DNA of 24,000 bases from Embleya scabrispora DSM 41855 (GTDB lineage Bacteria > Actinomycetota > Actinomycetes > Streptomycetales > Streptomycetaceae). Made by a program: the position numbers and the translations under genes. The first letter of the stretch is position 1, and every line of letters begins with the position of its first letter. The notes beneath the pieces are model-generated. The model made no database searches and had not been told where the DNA came from. It worked only from the letters and a program-made list of their open reading frames with translations. Where the stretch lies: the NCBI RefSeq assembly GCF_000372745.1, contig NZ_KB889665.1, positions 125,433 to 149,432 of the forward strand, read 5' to 3'. Below are positions 15,007 through 22,387 of this stretch, in pieces.

Positions 15007-15606
15007 TCAGTCGGTCGTGAGGGTGAAGTGGTGGGTGGGGAAGGTCAATGGGATGTCGCTCGGGCCGGTCGGGCAGGTCGCGTGCAGGGTGCCGGCCGGG
15101 GTCAGGTCGAGGGTCCCGGCGCGGAAGGACCGCGGGACCTGGAACGCGAGTTCGACCGAGGCGAGGTAGGGGTCCGGCTGCGGCGAGGCGTTCAGGACCG
15201 GGACGCGGCGGCCGTCCGGGAGACGGAGCACCACCTCGTCGGCGAGCTTTTGGCCGTAGGCGAAGGTGCAGCCCGCCGGGTCGAAGCCGGTGGAGCCGCC
15301 GGCGGCGGTCGAGCGCAGTCGGGCGTGCAGGCCGATCAGGACGAACTTCGCACCCTGCGGAGCGGTGCCCACCTGCGGCAGGCGATCGGTGACCCGGGGC
15401 GGTTCCGGCGCGGTGGTGACGCCCACGGCCAACTCGAAGGTGACCGGGCGACCCTGCCATGACGTCGTGGCGGACACGACGCCGTCGGAATAGCCGGTGA
15501 TCTCCCGATCCTGAGCCGCGGCCGCGGTGTCGCCGCAGGCCGCACAGCACGCGGCGGCGAGCAGGGCGAGGACGCTCGGCGGTACCGCGCCACGCCGCAC
15601 GGGCAT
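15007..15606 (-). CDS. Putative lipoprotein or secreted beta-rich protein, unknown function
   Basis: Signal peptide MPVRRGAVPPSVLALLAAACCAACGD has Cys residues in a lipobox-like context. The mature part is beta-strand-rich. I preferred the start at the complement of 15604-15606 over the ORF-track start at 15690, which adds 28 non-signal residues. Confidence 0.6.
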   Translation of the reverse strand: MPVRRGAVPPSVLALLAAACCAACGDTAAAAQDREITGYSDGVVSATTSWQGRPVTFELAVGVTTAPEPPRVTDRLPQVGTAPQGAKFVLIGLHARLRSTAAGGSTGFDPAGCTFAYGQKLADEVVLRLPDGRRVPVLNASPQPDPYLASVELAFQVPRSFRAGTLDLTPAGTLHATCPTGPSDIPLTFPTHHFTLTTD

Positions 15607-15800
15607 ACTCCGCCGTGGCCTGGACACGCACTCTCCTCCTCGATCCTGGTTGCTCCGCCAATGCAACCAGGGGTTCGGCCGGGGGGACACCGTTGCGGGT
15701 GGATCGGCGGGAAGTCCCTCACAAGAGCCTCACCACCGACGCGGCGGTCGGCCGTGCGGGTGGATCCCGATCGGCGTGGTTGTGGCCCGGGGCATCGGGG

Positions 15801-15838
15801 CGACGGTTTCCGGGTGTCATATCGTCTGGAAACCGTCG
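15801..15838. promoter_or_regulatory. 11-bp perfect inverted repeat upstream of the ECF sigma gene (operator or leader hairpin candidate)
   Basis: CGACGGTTTCC (15801-15811), a 16-nt spacer, then GGAAACCGTCG (15828-15838), about 45 nt upstream of ATG 15884. It is followed by (GGGAAC)x3 at 15852-15869, which runs into the SD-like GGGAGAA. Confidence 0.4.
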
Positions 15839-15883
15839 GTCACAGCGCCGCGGGAACGGGAACGGGAACGGGAGAAACGAACG

Positions 15884-16816
15884 ATGACGGAGCACGAATT
15901 GCTGGCCGAACGGTTCGAGGAGAACCGGAGCCACCTGCGGGCGGTGGCGTATCGCATGCTCGGCTCGCTCAGCGAGGCCGAGGACGCGGTCCAAGAGGCA
16001 TGGCTGCGCCTGGATCGCTCCGACATCAGCGATGTGCACAACCTCGGCGGCTGGCTGACCACCGTGGTCGGCCGGGTGTGCCTGGACATGCTGCGCTCGC
16101 GCAAGTCCCGACGCGAGGACATGTGGGACACCCACGTGCCGGACCCGATCGTCTCCCGCGCGGACGGGACCGACCCCGAGGAACTCGCGGTACTCGCCGA
16201 CTCGGTCGGACTGGCCATGCTGGTCGTGTTGGACACGCTCCCGCCCGCCGAGCGCTTGGCCTTCGTCCTGCACGACATGTTCGCGATGCCGTTCGACGAC
16301 ATCGCGCCGATCGTGGACAAGTCGACCGCGGCGACCCGACAGCTCGCCAGCCGGGCCCGGCGCAAGGTGCAGGGCGCCGCGCCCGAGCCGGACCTGCCCC
16401 GTCAACGCCGGATCGTGGACGCCTTCCTCGCCGCCTCCCGGGGCGGCGACTTCCAAGCCCTGCTGGACCTGCTCGACCCCGACGTGCTGCTCCGCGCCGA
16501 CACCGGCGGCGGCCCGATCGGCGTGTCGCAACTGGTCCGCGGCGCCCGCGCGGTGGTCGAGCAGGCGCTGAGCTTCGCCCGCTTCGCGCAGTACGCCCGA
16601 CCCGTGCTGATCAACGGCGCGCCGGGCCTGCTGAACGCGCCGGGGGGTCGTGCGTTCGGGGTGATGGACTTCACCATCGTCGGCGACAAGATCGTCGAGA
16701 TCAACATCCTCGCCGACCCCACCCGCCTGGCTCGGCCCGAGATCGAGGAGCTGGCCGGTCCCACCGGGCCGGTCGACCCGAAGCTCGGGGGACTGCTGGG
16801 GCTGCCCACCGAATGA
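15884..16816 (+). CDS. ECF sigma-70 family factor with a fused C-terminal SnoaL/NTF2-like extension (SigJ/ECF41-like)
   Basis: Region 2 (RAVAYRMLGSLSEAEDAVQEAWLRL, WLTTVVGRVCLDMLRSR) and region 4 (LPPAERLAFVLHDMFAMPFDDIAPIVDKSTAATRQLASRARRKV). These are followed by about 140 extra residues (DAFLAASRGGDFQALLDLLDPDVLLRAD...INGAPG...ILADPTRL) typical of ECF41-type extensions. ATG 15884 has GGGAGAA upstream. Confidence 0.85.
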   Translation: MTEHELLAERFEENRSHLRAVAYRMLGSLSEAEDAVQEAWLRLDRSDISDVHNLGGWLTTVVGRVCLDMLRSRKSRREDMWDTHVPDPIVSRADGTDPEELAVLADSVGLAMLVVLDTLPPAERLAFVLHDMFAMPFDDIAPIVDKSTAATRQLASRARRKVQGAAPEPDLPRQRRIVDAFLAASRGGDFQALLDLLDPDVLLRADTGGGPIGVSQLVRGARAVVEQALSFARFAQYARPVLINGAPGLLNAPGGRAFGVMDFTIVGDKIVEINILADPTRLARPEIEELAGPTGPVDPKLGGLLGLPTE

Positions 16817-16823
16817 ACCGGCG

Positions 16824-16859
16824 GACGCCGACCCGACGCGACCGCGTCGGGTCGGCGTC
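16824..16859. terminator. Near-perfect 17-nt-arm palindrome between convergent genes (bidirectional terminator candidate)
   Basis: GACGCCGACCCGACGCG (16824-16840), AC, then CGCGTCGGGTCGGCGTC (16843-16859). It lies 8 nt after the sigma-factor stop (16814-16816) and upstream of the minus-strand stop at 16927. Confidence 0.6.
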
Positions 16860-16926
16860 GGGCCGCCCGGATGCCGTCGACGGCTCGACTCCGCTGTGGG
16901 GTGGGCCGGTTCGGCTGTGGGACGGG

Positions 16927-17637
16927 TCAGTTCGGCGGGCCCGTGGTGCTCGGGTTGTTCGAAGCACCGGGGGTGCCCGGGGTGATCAGACCGCTCTCGT
17001 AGGCGAAGACCACCGCCTGGGCGCGGTCGCGCAGGTCGAGCTTGTCCAGGATGCGGCTCACGTGGGTCTTCACCGTTTGCTCGGCGAGTACGAGATGGGC
17101 GGCGATCTCGCCATTGGAGCGGCCCTGCGCGATCAGCCCGAGCACCTCGGTCTCGCGCGGGGTGAGGATGCCCAGTCGGGTCGAACTCGCGCGGGTGATC
17201 GGCCGGTTGCGGGCGAAGTCGGCGATCAGGCGCCGGGTGATCGAGGGCGCGAGCAGGGCGTCGCCGGCCGCGACGATCCGGACCGCGGCGATCAGGTCGG
17301 CCGGCGACGCGTCCTTGAGCAGGAAGCCGCTCGCGCCCGCGCGCAGCGCCTCGTAGACGTAGTCGTCGATGTCGAACGTGGTCAGCATCAACACCTTCGG
17401 CACCCGGTCGAACCCGCCCGGTTCGCCGAGCAGTTCGCGGGTCGCGGCCAGGCCGTCCAGGTTCGGCATCCGCACGTCCATCAGGACCACGTCGGGCCGG
17501 GTCTGCCTGGTCAATCGCACGGCCTCGCGGCCGTCGGCCGCCTCGCCGACCACCTCCAGGTCCGGCTGGGCCGCGAGCAGCGCGGCGAAGCCGGCGCGGA
17601 TCATGGCCTGGTCGTCGGCGATCACTACGGTGGTCAT
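16927..17637 (-). CDS. NarL/FixJ (LuxR-type HTH) two-component response regulator
   Basis: Receiver domain (VVIADDQAMIRAGF...PDVVLMDVRMPNLDG...KVLMLTTFD) and a C-terminal LuxR HTH (LTPRETEVLGLIAQGRSNGEIAAHLVLAEQTVKTHVSRIL). It has a 4-nt overlap with the kinase gene. Confidence 0.92.
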   Translation of the reverse strand: MTTVVIADDQAMIRAGFAALLAAQPDLEVVGEAADGREAVRLTRQTRPDVVLMDVRMPNLDGLAATRELLGEPGGFDRVPKVLMLTTFDIDDYVYEALRAGASGFLLKDASPADLIAAVRIVAAGDALLAPSITRRLIADFARNRPITRASSTRLGILTPRETEVLGLIAQGRSNGEIAAHLVLAEQTVKTHVSRILDKLDLRDRAQAVVFAYESGLITPGTPGASNNPSTTGPPN

Positions 17638-19088
17638 GCCGCTCCGGGGGTGGTCGTGGCCGGCGTGGCGTCGGCCGGCGGTAGGGGAAGCATGGCAGCG
17701 ACCCGGAAGCCGCCGTCGGGCAGCGCCTCGGTGTGCAACTCGCCGGCCAGCATGGCGGCCCGCTCGCGCATGCCGATCAGACCTTGGCCGGTGCCGGTGC
17801 CGGTGCCGCCCGGGCCGGAATCTGCGGTGTGGTCGTGGGTCTCGACGGGTCTGTTGGGCGCTCCCGCGCTTCCTCTCGCTCCCGGTGCCTCGGGCGTTCC
17901 GGATGCGCCGGCCGCTCCGGGTGATCCGGGCGCTTCGGGCGCTTCGGGCGCGGAGTTCACGACGGTGATCCGCAGCGCCGAGGCGTCGCCGGTCACGGTG
18001 ACCCGAACCGTGGTGCCCGGCGCGTGCCGGACCACATTGCTCAGCGACTCCTGGACCAGCCGGTACGCGGACAGTTGTACGCCCACCGGCACCCGATCCG
18101 GCGTGGGCACGGTCTCCGCGACGGACAGGTGCGCGTCGAGGCCGGCCCGGTGCGCGGTCTCGATCAGCACCGGCAGTTCGGCCAGACCCGGTTGCGGGCT
18201 GACTTCGGCGCCGGCGTCCGTGTCCTGGCGCAGCACGTGCAGCAGGCGGCGCATCTCGGTGAGCGAGCGGCGCGCTTCGGCCGCGATCGAACCGAACTCG
18301 TCGGCGGCGGCGGGTGGCAGGTCGGCGATCCGATACGGAGCGCTGTCCGCCTGCACGGTGATCACCGACATGTGGTGGGCCACCACGTCGTGCAACTCGC
18401 GGGCGATCCTGGTGCGTTCCTCAAGGAGGGTACGCCGGGCGTGTTCGGCCTGGCTGATCTCCTCGACCACGACCAGCCGGCGCTGGGCGGCGCCTCGGCT
18501 GCCGATCGCCTCGGCGGTGAGCGGGGCCAGCGCGGACAGGATCGTTATCGGCAGCAGGTCGCCGAGCCGGACCGGACCCCTGAGCACCACCAGGGCCGTG
18601 CCGGCCGCGAGCAGGATCAGCCACAGCGTGACCAGCACGCGGCGCGGCGCCCGCAGCGCGATCACGGTCAGCACCACGACCAGGCAGAACACCGAGGTCA
18701 CCGCCCACGGCCACGGCTCGGAGTCGGACACCGGGTGGGTCGGCGCCGCCGTCGCGATCGCCGCGGCCAGCGCCAGCCACCAGGCGGCCAGCGGGCGATA
18801 CAGGCACAGCAGGACCGGGAGCGCGCGGGCGATGGCGGCGACGGTCGCGCCGGGCGCCGACACGTCGTAGTGCTGGTACAGGTCGAGCCACCCGGCCACG
18901 GCGATCAGCAGCGCGGTCAGTGACAACACCCACGTCGTGCGGGGGGTGTGCGGCAGCGGGGCCACCGCGTCCGGCGACATCGCCTCGCGCAGCGCGGCCA
19001 GGACGGTCGAGGGTCGAACGATCTTCACGGTTGGTGATGGTATGCCCGGAGAGCCCGGTCGGTCGGGCGGGGCGAGGACGGCGCTCAT
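17634..19088 (-). CDS. HisKA_3-type sensor histidine kinase (intramembrane-sensing architecture) with a low-complexity insertion in the ATPase domain
   Basis: Multiple N-terminal TM helices with short loops. H-box ARELHDVVAHHMSVITVQAD. The HATPase region runs SNVVRHA...RITVVNS...GQGLIGMRERAAMLAGEL. The SD GGAG lies upstream of ATG (complement of 19086-19088). Confidence 0.9.
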   Translation of the reverse strand: MSAVLAPPDRPGSPGIPSPTVKIVRPSTVLAALREAMSPDAVAPLPHTPRTTWVLSLTALLIAVAGWLDLYQHYDVSAPGATVAAIARALPVLLCLYRPLAAWWLALAAAIATAAPTHPVSDSEPWPWAVTSVFCLVVVLTVIALRAPRRVLVTLWLILLAAGTALVVLRGPVRLGDLLPITILSALAPLTAEAIGSRGAAQRRLVVVEEISQAEHARRTLLEERTRIARELHDVVAHHMSVITVQADSAPYRIADLPPAAADEFGSIAAEARRSLTEMRRLLHVLRQDTDAGAEVSPQPGLAELPVLIETAHRAGLDAHLSVAETVPTPDRVPVGVQLSAYRLVQESLSNVVRHAPGTTVRVTVTGDASALRITVVNSAPEAPEAPGSPGAAGASGTPEAPGARGSAGAPNRPVETHDHTADSGPGGTGTGTGQGLIGMRERAAMLAGELHTEALPDGGFRVAAMLPLPPADATPATTTPGAA

Positions 19089-19139
19089 GGCGATCTCCGG
19101 GGTGGGGGCGAACGGGCGTACGGTCGGCGGACGCGCGGA

Positions 19140-19679
19140 TCAGGCCGGTGACACGAACGTCCGGCGGGCCAGGCCCGCCTGTACGTCGGTGAGCGCCTTG
19201 ATCAGGCACAGGCACACCGCGAAGAAGGCGAGCCCGCCGATCGCGTGCACGGCCCGGACCCCGCCCAGGGTCGGTCCGCCCCACGCGTCGTGATAGTCGC
19301 CGTCGCCATACCGGATCGGGTAGGTCAGGTTGCGGAGTGTGTTGCCGTACGCGTACCCGGCCAGGACCAGGGTCGGGATGCCCAGCGCGGCGTCGGGAAC
19401 GCTGTGGCCAAGCACCCGGAGCGCACCGGGGGCGGCCCGATCGGTTGCCTCGCCCAACCGCGGATCCAGGAACCGCCGGGCCGCCGCGAGTCGCAGTCGA
19501 GCCGCGCGGGACGACCCACCGGTGAGCACCAGGCCGATGCTCAACAGGCCCAGCGGCAGTGCGATCAGTGCGTACGCGGAGCGTCGGGCGGCGTGGCGCG
19601 GCGAATCGGGCGCGAATCGGCGCAGGACGCGCCGCGAGCGGACGGGGACGGGGGCGTGGCGGGCCGGGGTGAGCGTCAT
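19140..19679 (-). CDS. Stand-alone membrane 'putative sensor' domain protein; first gene of the kinase/regulator operon
   Basis: Several TM helices (YALIALPLGLLSIGLVLTGG, IPTLVLAGYAYGN, AIGGLAFFAVCLCLI). It resembles the sensor module often fused to HisKA_3 kinases in actinobacteria (from memory). The chosen start is MTLTPARH (complement of 19677-19679). The upstream part of ORF 19140-20135 is not protein-like. Confidence 0.6.
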   Translation of the reverse strand: MTLTPARHAPVPVRSRRVLRRFAPDSPRHAARRSAYALIALPLGLLSIGLVLTGGSSRAARLRLAAARRFLDPRLGEATDRAAPGALRVLGHSVPDAALGIPTLVLAGYAYGNTLRNLTYPIRYGDGDYHDAWGGPTLGGVRAVHAIGGLAFFAVCLCLIKALTDVQAGLARRTFVSPA

Positions 19680-20233
19680 GGCGAGGTCCTTGGGGCGTGC
19701 CCACGAGTACGCGGTACGTGCTGTTCGGTACGCGGGCGGTCGGTGCGCGATGCGCGGCGCGCGGGTGCCGGCTTCGGCACCGTGTTTCCCAAGGTAGGAG
19801 CGGGCGCGGCGGTGGACATCACACTGCGGCGCCAACTCCGGAGTGATACCGCGGTAGGGGGTCGGCCGACCGGCGGGTTCGGAGCCGGTGACGCGCGATG
19901 GGCGGCATGCCCGGGCGACATCGCGCGGGTCGGTACGCCGGACCCGGGCGGTCGGGGCCGCGAAGGGGAGAGAGGTCGGGCGGCGGCCTGCGGCGCCGGG
20001 CAACGACCGGGCCGCCGGGTCAACCGAACGGTGACCCGGGCCGATGTGAGAAGAGGATCGGCCCGCCGAGATCCAGGCGGCTGCGGAGACCGGGACTCGA
20101 GGCCCCGTACATTTCACCGCCCTTGCGGGCTCCATGGAGTATCCGCGACCTACGCACCGGTGGGCCGACCGGAACCGTAGCGTGCCGGGCCGGCTCGGGG
20201 CCAGGCAATTGACGGGTGCCCGGCGCCTCCGGG

Positions 20234-20259
20234 CGACCGTCGGGGTTTCGCGACGGTCG
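20234..20259 (-). terminator. 9-bp GC hairpin immediately 3' of the small minus-strand gene
   Basis: CGACCGTCG (20234-20242) pairs with CGACGGTCG (20251-20259), with an 8-nt loop. It lies 5 nt beyond the stop (complement of 20265-20267). There is no U-tract. Confidence 0.4.
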
Positions 20260-20264
20260 TCCGG

Positions 20265-20432
20265 TCAGGACGAGTGCGTCTGCGCCTCGGCGTCCTTCTT
20301 GGCGTAGTGCTCACGCTCGCGCCGGTCCGCTCGCAAAATGCCGCGGATCACGAACGTGAAGCCGGCCGCGACCACGAGGAAAGGGGTGAGTTCGGCGAAG
20401 GCGCCGAGGGCGTTCAACACGATGACTCCCAT
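20265..20432 (-). CDS. Small membrane protein (55 aa), unknown function
   Basis: MGVIVLNALGAFAELTPFLVVAAGFTFVIRGIL is followed by a charged tail. GC3 is very high across these 55 codons. The longer 130-aa ORF-track version is Arg/Pro/Gly-rich upstream. No clear SD. Confidence 0.5.
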   Translation of the reverse strand: MGVIVLNALGAFAELTPFLVVAAGFTFVIRGILRADRREREHYAKKDAEAQTHSS

Positions 20433-20655
20433 GGGTGGTGCAGCCGCACGACCGTGCCACCGGCCGAACCGGTCGCACGAACCGCAGCCGGTCCGCTCCG
20501 CCGTTCGTCCTCCGAGCGGCGGCACAACACTACCGCCCACGCCGAGGTCGACCGTCGGCGACCACGCGTCGGCCGTCGGTTGTCGTTCGCGCCGAGGACC
20601 GGTCGACCTCGGGAGGACCGCATGGTCGTGGGGCGGCCGTGCTTGACTGACCGGC

Positions 20656-20946
20656 ATGTCGCTGGGCCTGATCGTCCTCTATACGTCCCGACTCGACGCG
20701 TGCCGCGACTTCTACGGGTCGCTCGGCCTCGATCTCGTCCGCGAGCGCCACGGCGCCGGACCCGAGCACTACGCGGCGACGCTTGCCGACGGCGTCGTGG
20801 TCGAGCTCTATCCGGCGCGGCCCGATCGGCTCACCGGGTACCTGCGACTCGGCTTGACCCTGGACACCTCGCTGCTCCCACCGGGGCGGCACCGGCTGAC
20901 CGACCCGGACGGGCGAGTCGTCGACGTCTCGGTGATCCGCGGGTGA
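20656..20946 (+). CDS. Small VOC-family (glyoxalase/bleomycin-resistance fold) protein
   Basis: The start of the 96-aa sequence, LIVLYTSRLDACRDFYGSLGLDLVRERHGAGPEHYAATL, and the end, LTDPDGRVVDV, fit the single beta-alpha-beta-beta-beta VOC module pattern. Confidence 0.65.
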   Translation: MSLGLIVLYTSRLDACRDFYGSLGLDLVRERHGAGPEHYAATLADGVVVELYPARPDRLTGYLRLGLTLDTSLLPPGRHRLTDPDGRVVDVSVIRG

Positions 20947-21028
20947 CCCGGTTGCGGGCCTGTCGCCCGGCCTGTTTGCCGGTTCGATTGCCGGTCCGAT
21001 TGCCGAGCCGCCGGGTCGTCGGGCGTGG

Positions 21029-21463
21029 TCAGCGGGGGCCGCCGGCGGCTTCGGTGAAGCGGCGGAGGTCTTCGACATGGGCGCCCCAGCCGTCGCGGTG
21101 CGCGGCGGCGAGACTCGGGCCGTCCGGGAGGTGGTTCCAGCCGGTCTCGCGGACCCGGAGCTGGGTGCCCGGGCGTGCCCGGGTCAGCTCGATGGTCACC
21201 GTCGTGGACACCGCCCAGTCGTCGTCGGCCCAGGTGAACCGCAGCATCCGGCACGGGTCGAGCGCCTCCACGCGGCCGGTGGTCAGGCGGGCCTCGCCGT
21301 TGGCCCCGCTCCAGCGCTCGGACAGCCGACCGTTCACCCGCGCGTCCAGATCCAGGTAGCTCCACCACAAGGCGCGCGTGTCCGGGTCCACGAGGGCACG
21401 CCAGACCGCCTCGGCGGGCGCGGCGATCACGACACTGACCTCGACGAGCGGTTCACGAACCAT
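21029..21463 (-). CDS. SRPBCC-superfamily protein (AHSA1/START-like)
   Basis: VEVSVVIAAPAEAVWRALVDPDTRALWW...LRFTWADDDWAVSTTVTIELT...GTQLRVRETGW is a typical AHSA1-type SRPBCC layout. The chosen start is MVREPL (complement of 21461-21463). The rest of the 423-aa ORF upstream is not protein-like. Confidence 0.75.
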   Translation of the reverse strand: MVREPLVEVSVVIAAPAEAVWRALVDPDTRALWWSYLDLDARVNGRLSERWSGANGEARLTTGRVEALDPCRMLRFTWADDDWAVSTTVTIELTRARPGTQLRVRETGWNHLPDGPSLAAAHRDGWGAHVEDLRRFTEAAGGPR

Positions 21464-21790
21464 GAACCAACGGTAGATCTCGCGAACGCCCACGTCAGCC
21501 CGCTGACGGTTCGCGAACGGTTCGCTGAAGGTCAAGTTTGCGCCGTGTGCGCGCCGCGTGCGCCTCCGCGGCCGGAGGGTGCTGCCGCGATGTGGCCGGT
21601 ACCGGGCGCGCAGGCGATGGTTTGTGGGCGATTCATGGCTTTCGCCGGAAAAAGCGAACCGGCTTGAAACGCCCGCTGTCGCCGGCCGATGCGCCCGCCC
21701 GCGATTCGTCGATTGGCGATCACCGTGGATGGGGAACGCACAGCCACGGATGCGTAATCCGCATCGCCGGCCATCGGGAGGAATCCGCCC

Positions 21791-22213
21791 ATGCCCCACC
21801 CGCCGATCGCAGCTCTGCGAAGCGCGTTCACCGCGTCCGCCAAACCGGGCAGCCAGGACTGGCCCACCCTCGCCGACTTCACCGTGTTCGCCGCAGCCGG
21901 CCGCGCATGCGGCCGGGCCCCGCTGATCGGGCTGCCCGGCTGGACCTGCGACGACGCCGCGCGCGTGCTGGCCCTGGCCGAACTGGCGGCGCGCACCCCC
22001 GAGGTCGACCTGTCCGCCCATCTGCGCACCCTGTACTGGCGCGGCGACGCGCACGAACGCCGGGCCGTGCTGCGCGCGTTGCCCTACCTCTCGGTCGCCC
22101 GGCGGGACCCGGCGCTGGCCACCGCCCTGGTCGAAGACGCACTCCGCACCGGCGACCCCCAGCTGATCGCCGCCGCCCGCTTCGCCGGAGTCGCCACCTC
22201 CGAGCCGGGGTAG
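21791..22213 (+). CDS. Hypothetical protein (140 aa); possibly EboA-like, recollection only
   Basis: A good SD (GGGAGGA at 21775-21781) precedes ATG 21791, and GC3 is high. Blocks FAAAGRACGRAPL, GWTCDDAARVLAL and TLYWRGDAHERRAVLRALPYL resemble EboA-domain proteins as I remember them. No other ebo genes are present. Confidence 0.5.
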   Translation: MPHPPIAALRSAFTASAKPGSQDWPTLADFTVFAAAGRACGRAPLIGLPGWTCDDAARVLALAELAARTPEVDLSAHLRTLYWRGDAHERRAVLRALPYLSVARRDPALATALVEDALRTGDPQLIAAARFAGVATSEPG

Positions 22214-22363
22214 CCGGACCACCCCCGACGGTCCGACGAGTACTCGGCGCGGCCACACGCGGGTCCCGCAACGTTGACGTCGGCCACCCTGCCACCCCAC
22301 GGCCGGGGGGCCGACCCCGCCCCAACCGGATCCGCCGCCCCGCTGCGGACTACGGCCCCGGCT

Positions 22364-22378
22364 CGGGAGAAGCTCCCG
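22364..22378 (-). terminator. Short hairpin just 3' of the WS/DGAT-like gene
   Basis: CGGGAG-AAG-CTCCCG (22364-22378), about 10 nt beyond the stop (complement of 22388-22390). Confidence 0.3.
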
Positions 22379-22387
22379 CGCGAAGCC

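Noticed and set aside
15815-15837. An ECF41-type promoter (TGTCACA-N16-CGTC as I recall the consensus) upstream of the sigma gene.
   Set aside because: TGTCATA (15815-15821) is followed by CGTC after only about 12 nt (15834-15837), so the spacing does not fit. I report the inverted repeat instead and do not call a promoter.
15661-18870. The longest ORF in the window (1069 aa, plus strand).
   Set aside because: Its translation is Arg/Gly/Pro/Ala-rich with no recognisable motifs. It runs antisense to a canonical response regulator and histidine kinase with clear motifs, and out of frame through the sigma-factor gene. This is a typical high-GC shadow ORF.
19680-20135. An upstream extension of the sensor-domain ORF (331-aa version), and the 130-aa version of the small membrane protein (20433-20657).
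   Set aside because: The extensions are Arg/Pro-rich with no hydrophobic or domain features. The internal Met starts give compact membrane proteins with high GC3.
20958-21010. Short 12-mer tandem duplications (GCCTGTCGCCCG/GCCTGTTTGCCG and TTGCCGGTTCGA/TTGCCGGTCCGA/TTGCCGAGCCG) between the VOC and SRPBCC genes.
   Set aside because: There are only 2-3 degenerate copies in a short convergent spacer. This is probably local slippage with no further structure, so it is not reported as a finding.
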